Shown here: positions 15,808-24,127 of the stretch, one piece after another
Numbering within the stretch: position 1 is the stretch's first letter
Layout of the letters: the number at the start of each line of letters is the position of its first letter
Assembly: GCA_043803745.1 (NCBI GenBank)
Contig: JAZDJS010000008.1
Span: 1-29,543 of the forward strand
DNA from: an archaeon
GTDB lineage: Archaea > SpSt-1190 > DYHY01
DNA length: 29,543 nt
Reading direction: 5' to 3'
Position numbers and translations under genes: made by a program
The notes under the pieces: generated by a model
What the model saw: the letters and a program-made list of their open reading frames with translations, nothing else
Told to the model about the DNA's origin: nothing
Databases searched by the model: none

Positions 15808-16794
15808 ATGGCTCTACCAAGAAAGTTTGTGGCTAACGCTCCCGTTAATCCTTCTGAGCCTGTCGGGCCCTCCTTAGCTGGAGAAAAAAAAGATTCCTAT
15901 TTTGGACTTGTTCAGGCTGCCGTAACAAAACCAGAGCAGCTAATGCCCGAACTTTCCGGATTATACCAAGTTAACGAAACCTTGAACGACGCACGGGGCA
16001 ACTTTGAACTCACTCCCGAAGGGCTTGCACTTGCCAAAGAAGTTCACAAGCGGGTCGGAGGCAACAAGAAACTCCTCGAAACCAGCAGGAACCTCCTGAT
16101 TCTTGCCGGGAGCCTTCCGGACTACCAACTGGCAGTTGTCGAGGGCGCGGCTGCGCTTTCCCCGGAACTGAAGGGATTCGTTGGCAAGGACGGAAAGCTT
16201 GACCGGGATGCCACCGCGGAATACATTGAGGGTCGTTCCGGAGAACTTGAGAAAACCTCCGGGACTGTCGGCGGAATGCAGGACGAAATTGCAGCCGGCG
16301 CCCGGGAATATGTTTCCGTAATTGACGGGCTTTACAGGAAATTCGAGGAAAAATCCTCAGCCGCACTTGGGAAAGCGAAGGGCGCTCTTGCGAAGCTTGA
16401 GAAGGGTTCTGATGCTTACAAGGCACTTTCGGAGAAAATTGAGCGGGCGGCTGCAGACTCGAAGAAATATCTTGACGGCCTAAAGGAACTGCAGCAGGAA
16501 ATAGGCAAAGGCTTCCAGGAGGAAGCAAAACAATTCGCCGAACTTGCAAGCGAGATTTCAGGAACAGCCAAGCAGGCTCTGAAGGAGAAATACGGTCTTG
16601 CCGAAACAACGACATATGCCGAAGTCCTCTCCATGAAGCAGAAGTTCGACGGTCTCACTCATTTAACCGGCAACATGCTCAAGGAAGCTCAAGGGAAGGT
16701 AAAATCCGCAGCTTACAAAGTGACGGAAAAAGCGCAGGAAATCTACGGAAAGGTTTCTTCCGCGCCGGCGTCTATCTACACCCTTCCCGCCTAG
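15808..16794 (+). CDS. Hypothetical amphipathic/coiled-coil protein
   Basis: 328-aa Ala/Lys/Glu-rich ORF with a Pro-rich N-terminus and AT-rich upstream region. Confidence 0.8.
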   Translation: MALPRKFVANAPVNPSEPVGPSLAGEKKDSYFGLVQAAVTKPEQLMPELSGLYQVNETLNDARGNFELTPEGLALAKEVHKRVGGNKKLLETSRNLLILAGSLPDYQLAVVEGAAALSPELKGFVGKDGKLDRDATAEYIEGRSGELEKTSGTVGGMQDEIAAGAREYVSVIDGLYRKFEEKSSAALGKAKGALAKLEKGSDAYKALSEKIERAAADSKKYLDGLKELQQEIGKGFQEEAKQFAELASEISGTAKQALKEKYGLAETTTYAEVLSMKQKFDGLTHLTGNMLKEAQGKVKSAAYKVTEKAQEIYGKVSSAPASIYTLPA

Positions 16795-16797
16795 ATT

Positions 16798-17700
16798 TCA
16801 TTCCTTGTAGCTCGCGCAAACCGCATCCATGTTCTCGATTAGCTTCCCGACGGCATCCTTCCAGAACCTGAGTTCCTCCGGGGAAACCTCGAACTTTTGC
16901 CTGTGGACAATCGATTTCATCAGGTCGAAAACCCCCTGGTATGCTTTCCTATCTTCCTCCGAGCCAATTCCAGTCCTAGCCATTTCCTCGGAAATCTTCT
17001 CCGGGCTTGCCGGGGTCGAGCCCTTTGTCATGAGGGCGGAATGTGTTGCCTCGACAGCAGCCCAGTAAAGGCTTGTTGCCGCTACGGAAGTCGCGTTCGA
17101 ATAGTCGTTCATGTGGTAGCGCGCCCGGTTCTTCCCGAGCTCAATCGCTTCCCAGGTCGGCCGTATCTTCCCGTGCTTCAGGAGGAGCTTCATTGGCGCG
17201 AAAAAGCCCGCGTCAATGACCGGCAATCCCGTCCGGAGTATGTTTATTATCAGCGGGTCGCCCCGTCTGACCGTGTCGAAAAAGTCCGAGAGCGAAACGG
17301 TCGTCACATGGAACTTGAGAACCGAGCCCTCCTTCTTCAGGATCGAGTCAAGCTCCTTGTTGTAGAAGCCGATTATGTCCGGAGTTATCTCGACCGATGC
17401 ATCGTCAATTATGATCATTATGTCGATGTCGCTTTTCTCGCCGATGTTTCCCCGGGCAAAGGAGCCGAAAACTACGACGCTCTTTATTAGGGAGCCGAAT
17501 TCCCTGACAACCTTGAGGGAGAAATCATAGACAAGGGAGATTTCCTTCAGCGCAACATGCCTGAGCGTCTCCTCGCCCTTGTGGCTGTCCATTACCTCGC
17601 TCCGCTTGACCGCGGTCGGGAGTTCGAAAAGTTTCTCCTTGTTCTTCACGGTTTTCATCTTCATCCTGACGACAACTTTTTTCTTGCTTTTCTTTGCCAT
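16798..17700 (-). CDS. Nucleotidyltransferase + HEPN-like domain (paralogue of 14229..15656)
   Basis: VVVFGSFARG...SDIDIMIIIDD; shares RxGDP..N..RxGxP..DxGF..PM..LL..G.I.P..EAI with the paralogue; LMKSIVH. Confidence 0.9.
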   Translation of the reverse strand: MAKKSKKKVVVRMKMKTVKNKEKLFELPTAVKRSEVMDSHKGEETLRHVALKEISLVYDFSLKVVREFGSLIKSVVVFGSFARGNIGEKSDIDIMIIIDDASVEITPDIIGFYNKELDSILKKEGSVLKFHVTTVSLSDFFDTVRRGDPLIINILRTGLPVIDAGFFAPMKLLLKHGKIRPTWEAIELGKNRARYHMNDYSNATSVAATSLYWAAVEATHSALMTKGSTPASPEKISEEMARTGIGSEEDRKAYQGVFDLMKSIVHRQKFEVSPEELRFWKDAVGKLIENMDAVCASYKE

Positions 17701-17714
17701 TTATTTTCTTTCAC

Positions 17715-19796
17715 TCACTCTTTGTTCTTCATGCTGTAAATCATTGGCTGGCTTCCGCCCCAGATGTTTGTTCCGGGCATTTGATGCGATATTCCGCCCT
17801 GGTAAAGGGATGGCGAGGCTAGCGTGCTGTATGTTGCCCTGAACGGCTGAGCAAGGGAGGGTCCGAACGAGTAAAGGCTTTTAGTTATGAGCCCGGCGTT
17901 CTGGGATGCGAAATCTGCGAAATAGCCGCTGCTTCCGCGCATTCCGCCGTATGCCGGGGTCGGCATTCCGGTATAGCCGAGATTCCTGATGAGCTGCTCC
18001 TCGGCGCCGCCCTTTATCCCCGGGGTGTTTGCCGCCTGGAGAACGTCCATTGGGGCGCCCAAAAGAAGGGTTTCAAGGCCGCCCTCAACATCCTTTATCC
18101 CGCCGCTTCCCGGTTCGATTGTCAGAGGGACTCCGAGCTCGACAAGACGTTTCAAAAGCTCGGGGTTCTTCCTTGCGACATCGTCCTCAATTGAGCCGAA
18201 GCCCTTGTGGCCGAAGATGCTTGCTGTCGACCCTCCGCCGACAAGATGGACGTGGCCAATCATGTCCTCCTTGCCCTGCCGCTTCATTTCGTTGATGAAT
18301 TCTGTGGGGTTCTGCTGCGTTCCGATTGCGGCATGCTCGGTGTCGAAGGTCATCTTGATGTGCTGCTCCGGGTTCTTCATCCCGCATTCCGCAGCAACCT
18401 TCCGCAGTTCCTCCACGGCCTGAATCATGTGCTCCGCTTTGTTGAAATAGCCGGCTGCATCGGTGACTCCGAGCTCCGGATTGACTCCCCAGAGGTTTTC
18501 AGCCGAGAGGACAATCTTTCCCTCCTCGATATCCCTCCGTATCGCCGGGTTCTTGAAAACATCCCTGAAGGTCTCCTTGAGATTTTTTATCCAGGATTCG
18601 GTTGCTTCCCTTGCTTCGGTGTTTTTTGCATCGCTTCCAAGGTCGGCTCCGGAAAGGTCAATCTGCCTATTCAGCGTCATTGCGTTAGCGAAATTATACC
18701 TTTTCTTGGAATCAGCTTCCCCAGTGTTCTTGAAGTTATTCAGATATTCCTGGAACTGCTCCGGACTTGCGAAAGCTTCCTTCGGATACATGAAAAGGTC
18801 GTGTTTTTCATCGCCCATGTGTTCGTAGCGCATGTCCTGCTCAGCAGTCGAGCCGTTAAGATTGATGCGCCCCCCGGCTGCCATTGTCGCAAGCTGCCAT
18901 TTCCTTTTCTTGACATCCTCGAGATATTCAATGAAAGCCTCCGGGCTGCTCTTGGAAAGATGTGCCTTCACGTTCTCCAAGGCCTTGACGAACTCTTCCC
19001 GATTTCCGACAAGGTTTTCGACAGATGCCCTGGCGCCTCTCTGGACATCCGGATTTGCGCTGTTGAAATAGGTTCCGAGCTTCAGCCCGACTTGCTGGCG
19101 TATTTCCTCAGGGTCGGTCACTCCTTTCTTGAGCTGTTGCGCAATCTCCTCCTGGGCATCCATTAACGCACCGGTTTTTCCGAATTCTGATGCATAAAGC
19201 GGTGCCGAGGCCGCATAGTGCTGGGTGAACTGCATTGACTGGGCGTTGAACATGATTCCTGCTTCGGTCCGGAGCTTTTGGTAAATAGGGGAGTTTTGGC
19301 TGATGTGGTTCTTATCGCACCAGGAATCGAATTCCTGCTTGTCCCGCATCATGAGATGCGCCGGGACGGGCGTTGCCTGCCAGGTGAACGGGTCCTGGAA
19401 AGCGGCTCCCGAGAGGTTTGCTGTCGGGTGGAACGTGACATAATGGGCGCCCATATCCTTTGCGTATCTTATTGACTGGCGCATTACCTCGGCAGCCTCG
19501 ATTCTCTGCCCCCAGCCAATTGAGGCGAAATCAACCTGGTATGGCGCATGAACCGAAAAGCTGCCGCCGAATTCAGTTGCAATCTGCTTCGAAATCCTTT
19601 TCTGGGCGTCCGGAACGTGCCCGGGCATTATCTTCTTGTTATACGCATCAGCGAGGTCGAGTTCAACCCGGGTGACTCCCCGCTCGAACGTCTGACGGAG
19701 CCGCTCAGCCATTGGGAGGTTTTCCCAGCCGCCGCCGGTCGGGACAGAGGTTCCCCGCTTGCCAACGAAGGGAATTTTTCCGTCAGTATCCGCCAT
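17715..19796 (-). CDS. Xylose isomerase-like/AP endonuclease 2 TIM-barrel protein with a large insertion
   Basis: VEL, SVHAPY, VTFHP, then an insert of roughly 300 aa, then SAENL, FDTEHA, GHVHL, GH, LTIE; Gly/Tyr/Pro-rich tail. Confidence 0.85.
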   Translation of the reverse strand: MADTDGKIPFVGKRGTSVPTGGGWENLPMAERLRQTFERGVTRVELDLADAYNKKIMPGHVPDAQKRISKQIATEFGGSFSVHAPYQVDFASIGWGQRIEAAEVMRQSIRYAKDMGAHYVTFHPTANLSGAAFQDPFTWQATPVPAHLMMRDKQEFDSWCDKNHISQNSPIYQKLRTEAGIMFNAQSMQFTQHYAASAPLYASEFGKTGALMDAQEEIAQQLKKGVTDPEEIRQQVGLKLGTYFNSANPDVQRGARASVENLVGNREEFVKALENVKAHLSKSSPEAFIEYLEDVKKRKWQLATMAAGGRINLNGSTAEQDMRYEHMGDEKHDLFMYPKEAFASPEQFQEYLNNFKNTGEADSKKRYNFANAMTLNRQIDLSGADLGSDAKNTEAREATESWIKNLKETFRDVFKNPAIRRDIEEGKIVLSAENLWGVNPELGVTDAAGYFNKAEHMIQAVEELRKVAAECGMKNPEQHIKMTFDTEHAAIGTQQNPTEFINEMKRQGKEDMIGHVHLVGGGSTASIFGHKGFGSIEDDVARKNPELLKRLVELGVPLTIEPGSGGIKDVEGGLETLLLGAPMDVLQAANTPGIKGGAEEQLIRNLGYTGMPTPAYGGMRGSSGYFADFASQNAGLITKSLYSFGPSLAQPFRATYSTLASPSLYQGGISHQMPGTNIWGGSQPMIYSMKNKE

Positions 19797-19852
19797 TTCC
19801 AGGATTCAACAGGTTCCTCTATTTTAACTCTTTCTTCTTCTCGTTTTCCACA

Positions 19853-20506
19853 CTAGTGAGTGTGATAGCCGCTTGAGTTTTCCTCTCCCTCGGCTTCCTT
19901 TCCAAGCATTTTCCTTATTGCAGCTTCCGGGCTTGTGTCAACGCCCTGCCTGACCTCGGCATAATCCGGCGGCCTTGAGCCGGCTGAATAGAAACCGGGA
20001 CCTTCTCCGGCAGTTTGATAGGGGTCTGAAGATTTTTTCTCCTCCTCCCGGTATCCGGCGAAAATCGTCATTGTCTGGGCTTCTATTTTCTTAGGTCCCT
20101 CGATCGGCGCGCCGGGCTCGTTCATTATGCCGGAATATTTCCTGACTATCTCGGCGACCATCGATTCCATTCCCTTCGGAGCCTGGGACATTAGCGCGCG
20201 CAGGTTCTCGGCCCTGTTCCGGTCGTTGCTTGCGAGTATCTCCCGTATCTTCAGGAGGATCATCCGTCTTATCTGCTCAGGGTCGTCCTCATCCTGCGCG
20301 CCCGTTCCCTCCGGCTCGATTGCCGGGGAGAAAATCTTGTCTTTTCCAAGCCCCTTTTGCAGCTGCTTTATTTCGTCAACACCCTGCTCCCTCTCGGGCG
20401 AAAAAACATCGGCGCCTCCGAGTTCACTTTCCAGCTCCTCAAGGGATTTGAGCTTGGCGCGCATTTCTTCTTTATCGTCCGGCATTTTCCTTGCAAGCTC
20501 CGCCAT
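19853..20506 (-). CDS. Hypothetical acidic protein
   Basis: 217-aa ORF; GAGGGAG upstream; co-oriented with the TIM-barrel gene. Confidence 0.8.
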   Translation of the reverse strand: MAELARKMPDDKEEMRAKLKSLEELESELGGADVFSPEREQGVDEIKQLQKGLGKDKIFSPAIEPEGTGAQDEDDPEQIRRMILLKIREILASNDRNRAENLRALMSQAPKGMESMVAEIVRKYSGIMNEPGAPIEGPKKIEAQTMTIFAGYREEEKKSSDPYQTAGEGPGFYSAGSRPPDYAEVRQGVDTSPEAAIRKMLGKEAEGEENSSGYHTH

Positions 20507-20542
20507 GCTCCCTCAAATTCTTTTGTAACGCGTTTTCAAAAG

Positions 20543-20551
20543 ATTTATAAA
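20543..20551. promoter_or_regulatory. TATA box for the 5S rRNA (possibly bidirectional)
   Basis: TTTATAAA about 22 bp upstream of the 5S start. Confidence 0.6.
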
Positions 20552-20572
20552 CGGCGGGAGTGCGTCTCTTTC

Positions 20573-20688
20573 GTCAGCGGTCAAAGGCTTCGGGCAAGAC
20601 CCGTTCCCATCTCGAACACGGAAGTGAATCCGGAGCGCGAATGTGGTTGTACTGCCCTTTGCGGCGGGAACCCACGTACGCTGCTGAC
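20573..20688 (+). rRNA. rrf: 5S ribosomal RNA (unlinked)
   Basis: Conserved ACCCGTTCCCATCTCGAACACGGAAGT core; helix I GTCAGCGG/CTGCTGAC, helix II GCTTCGG/CCGGAGC, helix V ATGTGG/CCACGT; pyrimidine tract after 20696. Confidence 0.95.
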
Positions 20689-20723
20689 ACCTGAACCCTT
20701 TTCTTTCCAAATTGAAAGAAAAG

Positions 20724-20987
20724 CCTTTAACGGGAAAAGAGAAAATTCTGCCTCTGGCGGCTGAGCGCAAGCGAAGTCTGTGCATCAGCACAGGGAACCC
20801 ACGTACGCTGTTGAGGCGGCCGCCGAAATCCGCGCTTGCGCGGGCTGACACATTTCTACTTTTCCGAAAGCCCATAGCTGCAGCCAGGATATTCAAGCTT
20901 TCGGGGCCGACACCTGTTTTTTCCAGTTGAGCGATAGCTTGGTCGGAACTTAAACCTCCTCCGCAGAGGACCTTTAACGGGAAAAGA
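20724..20987. repeat. 17-bp direct repeat pair
   Basis: CCTTTAACGGGAAAAGA at 20724-20740 and 20971-20987. Confidence 0.85.
20751..20816 (+). other. 5S-derived fragment or 5S-like mini RNA
   Basis: 18-bp exact copy of the 5S 3' part (GGGAACCCACGTACGCTG at 20666-20683 and 20793-20810); closing stem CCTC..GAGG; hairpin CTGTGC-ATCA-GCACAG. Confidence 0.5.
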
Positions 20988-21062
20988 AAACCCCCCGTTT
21001 CCCGTCTAGTCAAACTAAAAGGACCAAATGCTTATAAATTAGGAAAGCGTTATCTCTTCAGG

Positions 21063-22112
21063 ATGGTTACACTAACCCCCTGGAACGTTCCGACCGGGCT
21101 TGAATATAGTGGAATAGACGGCAAGCACAAGCAAATAGAAATAGCCCGCTGCGTTATTGACAGTGGAGTTCCGGGGCCCCTTCTTGTTGCCGCAAGCGGA
21201 GCGCATGCAGGATCCCTTGAGCTTTCGGCTGTAGAGCTTCTCGGCCGCCTCCAAGAAGATTTTGAGAAAATCGAGCGGGGGACTGTCGTCATCCTTCCAA
21301 TGCTAAACGAGCCCGGATTCTATCAGGCGACGAGGGGTTTCGAGCTTGCGGGCGCGTCCCTCGACGACATGAACCGGGCGTATCCAGGCAACCCCAATGG
21401 GAATCCTGCCGAACGGCTTGTCAACTCAGTTTATGAAGCCGTTGCAGAACCTCTCAGGGCGCACAGGCGGGCCTTTCCCGGGGAGAAAAGGGTTCTTGCT
21501 GAGGGCCATGCTGATGAATCCTGCCATCCTTACACGATAATCGACATTGCACTGAACGGCGACAGAGAACTTGAGCAGGCTTGCGCGGACTATGCGAGCG
21601 CGCTGGGTTTCCCTTGGGTTAGGGAGGGCCCACGTGAAGCATATGTGAAAGACGGGCTTGACAAATCCCTGACCGGGGCAATTGTGAACGTTGAGGGAAT
21701 CCCGGCCCTGACTCTTGAGTTTGACGAGACCGACCATCATAGGCTTTCCGGGAACGAGTGGGGACGTTCGGCAGTCCTTGCCCTTGCAACTCGGCTGGGG
21801 ATTTTCTCCGAGAAGCGTTTCCATGAAATTACAGGGACCGCTTTGCCGGAGCCGGGCAAGGAACACAAGTACGTCAATGTTCATTTTAGAGATTTGGTTC
21901 AGACCGCCGCCCCCGCGCACGAAGTTTTCAACGTCAAACTCGGCACACAGGTTTTCAAAGGACAGGAAATCGGGCAACTGTGTTTTCCTCTCACGTTTGA
22001 ACGCGTCCCGATAATTGCTTCGGAGACCGGATTGTTCCTTGCAAAGCCAACCTGCCTTGCATACAACCCGAACCCGAATGAAGTGGCATACCGGATTGCG
22101 GTTCCCTGCTGA
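21063..22112 (+). CDS. Succinylglutamate desuccinylase/aspartoacylase (M14) family deacylase
   Basis: GPLLVAASGAH, GTVVILPMLNEPGF, DMNRAYPG, ALTLEF, C-terminal VKLGTQVFKGQEIG. Confidence 0.88.
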   Translation: MVTLTPWNVPTGLEYSGIDGKHKQIEIARCVIDSGVPGPLLVAASGAHAGSLELSAVELLGRLQEDFEKIERGTVVILPMLNEPGFYQATRGFELAGASLDDMNRAYPGNPNGNPAERLVNSVYEAVAEPLRAHRRAFPGEKRVLAEGHADESCHPYTIIDIALNGDRELEQACADYASALGFPWVREGPREAYVKDGLDKSLTGAIVNVEGIPALTLEFDETDHHRLSGNEWGRSAVLALATRLGIFSEKRFHEITGTALPEPGKEHKYVNVHFRDLVQTAAPAHEVFNVKLGTQVFKGQEIGQLCFPLTFERVPIIASETGLFLAKPTCLAYNPNPNEVAYRIAVPC

Positions 22113-22158
22113 AGCCAGCAATAACAATTTAAACCCGTCCTTGGTTCCCCGAACAAAC

Positions 22159-22449
22159 ATGGCAGGGAACGACGGAAAAATAAAGGCAAGCCACATTTTG
22201 GTTGACAAGCACTCGAGGGCGCTTGAAATCGCGCAGATGATAATCAACAAGCAGAAGACTTTCGAGCAGGCTGCTGCCGAATTCTCCTCGTGCCCCTCGA
22301 AGAAGAAGGGCGGGGACTTGGGCTCGTTCGCAAGGGGACAGATGGTGAGGGAATTCGACGAGGCTGCGCGCAAACTGCAGGTCGGGCAGATGACAACCGA
22401 GCCGGTGAAAACGCAGTTCGGGTACCATTTGATCAAGAGAACCGGATGA
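22159..22449 (+). CDS. ppiC: Parvulin-type peptidyl-prolyl cis-trans isomerase
   Basis: ASHILV, SSCPSKKKGGDLGSFARGQMVREFD, PVKTQFGYHLI. Confidence 0.96.
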   Translation: MAGNDGKIKASHILVDKHSRALEIAQMIINKQKTFEQAAAEFSSCPSKKKGGDLGSFARGQMVREFDEAARKLQVGQMTTEPVKTQFGYHLIKRTG

Positions 22450-22515
22450 TTTCTGGGAAAAGTGACCTTTCTCAAGAGGTAATTATTTAATCCCAGAGGC
22501 GCTCTTCCCGGAAGG

Positions 22516-23301
22516 ATGTCAAAGCCTTCTTGGCAGGTTGCGATTGAAAAAGAAGACACCTTCCGAAAGTCGAATGCATATCTTTCGCTCCCGGCAGAGG
22601 GACGGGCGCGTCTCGACCTTCTGATTGATTCCGGTCGCTTGGAAATCTCGGCTGCGGAATATCTTGCGGAAACCCAGGGCGAGCTTGGCTTTGAAACCTT
22701 TTCTTCCGGGCCGCTCACTCTAAAAGAAGTTCGGGAAAGAAAGAAGAAAGCCGCACAAACCGGAATTTCCAGGAGGACCGGACGGCTGCTCGGAATCCCG
22801 CCCCGCTACACGAGCCTTGCCCAGGTAATTTCTGAAGGGGAAACGGAAAGCCAGGCAGAAGCGGCAAGAATGGACTTGAACCAATATCTTCTCAAGCTGT
22901 ATTTTGACCTGGAATCCGCGCTCGGAAGGGAGGCGCTTTTGAAGCAGCACGAGGACTATTATGAGCGCGACCTCAGGCCCGAGCTCGCCCTTCTCGGCTC
23001 AGGAACGGTTTCCCTGCGACTTGCCATTATCGGAAGGGGGCTTCTTGACATTTCCAAATATCAAGCCGACTTTGCAAAAGTCTCGATTGGCGCTTTCAAT
23101 GACGTGCCCTACGTAGGGATTTCAGCCGAATATCGCACGCCGGAAAGCGTTTCGGAAGCGGTAAATCTGCCCGAGATTCTCTGGAAAACTGCGGCAGCAA
23201 TTGTTTGCCGAACTGCGAATCAGATCTATAGGGAAAATCTTTCAGATGTCCGGCTCAGTCTCTTGGAGCCAGTGAAAACTCCAGTGACACAAGGAATTTA
23301 A
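22516..23301 (+). CDS. Hypothetical protein
   Basis: 261-aa ORF; TTATTTAA upstream; no motif recognised. Confidence 0.75.
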   Translation: MSKPSWQVAIEKEDTFRKSNAYLSLPAEGRARLDLLIDSGRLEISAAEYLAETQGELGFETFSSGPLTLKEVRERKKKAAQTGISRRTGRLLGIPPRYTSLAQVISEGETESQAEAARMDLNQYLLKLYFDLESALGREALLKQHEDYYERDLRPELALLGSGTVSLRLAIIGRGLLDISKYQADFAKVSIGAFNDVPYVGISAEYRTPESVSEAVNLPEILWKTAAAIVCRTANQIYRENLSDVRLSLLEPVKTPVTQGI

Positions 23302-23330
23302 GCAAAAGGCGCATATTACTGTTGAGGCAA

Positions 23331-24098
23331 ATGAAGATGACTCCGAAATATGCTCCAAAGGCGCGGACACAGCCCGCATCGGGAACTGCGGCAGCAGTCC
23401 AAGAGCCGGTTTGGCAAGCGGATCCCGGACTTGACGTTCCGGCAGGACCGCCGGACTACAAGGAACCGGAAAAGTATCGGGCTGGCTTTGGAAGCCGGGC
23501 TCTTGCGGCAGTAGAGGAAGGCGCAGCAAGGCTCGTTCTGTCAATGGGAGGCAATCAAAACATGATTCTGGCTCCAATCGGTCAGATGATTGGCGGGGAG
23601 GAAGGAGACCGTTTCGTTCGTTCTGGAAACAAGGCAACCGGCGCCTTGGTAGGCGGCATTGCCAAGGTTGCCGGCGGGATTCCATTCGGTATTGGTCCTG
23701 CTGTTGCGCGTATTGGTGAGGGGGCATATGATCTCAGTAAGAAATTAAGGGCTGATGCGAGAAGCCGGCGGGCAGACGATTACAATCCGGAGGGTCTTTC
23801 TTTAGAAGACAAGCTCTACAGAAAAATTGGCGGATGGCTAAGTCCTCACTTGGCTGACCGAGTCGTCACTGGACTTGAACATCCTCACGCCCAGAAAAAG
23901 GCTGCCGAACTTGGGAATCTTATCGGGCAGGGACCTGATGCTGTCACGGGCGCTTTCTATGCCTCAATGGAAAACAAAGTTGACGAAAAATTCGGACCCG
24001 GCGCTTATGAGTGGGTAAGCGGTTTTGTCGGGGATGCTGCCGCAAAAGTGAGAAGCTACAAGCCCTCTGCCGCGGACGCGGCCAGCTATGTTCAGTAA
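23331..24098 (+). CDS. Hypothetical protein with a glycine-zipper-like segment
   Basis: GALVGGIAKVAGGIPFGIGPAVARIG; TTTAAG upstream; start at ATG 23331. Confidence 0.75.
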   Translation: MKMTPKYAPKARTQPASGTAAAVQEPVWQADPGLDVPAGPPDYKEPEKYRAGFGSRALAAVEEGAARLVLSMGGNQNMILAPIGQMIGGEEGDRFVRSGNKATGALVGGIAKVAGGIPFGIGPAVARIGEGAYDLSKKLRADARSRRADDYNPEGLSLEDKLYRKIGGWLSPHLADRVVTGLEHPHAQKKAAELGNLIGQGPDAVTGAFYASMENKVDEKFGPGAYEWVSGFVGDAAAKVRSYKPSAADAASYVQ

Positions 24099-24127
24099 TC
24101 CCTAAATTGCTCGCCTAAAGGGGGTCT

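Noticed and set aside
18207-19166. 319-aa plus-strand ORF
   Set aside because: Antisense shadow of the TIM-barrel gene.
21426-22718. 430-aa minus-strand ORF
   Set aside because: Antisense to three plus-strand genes including an unambiguous parvulin.
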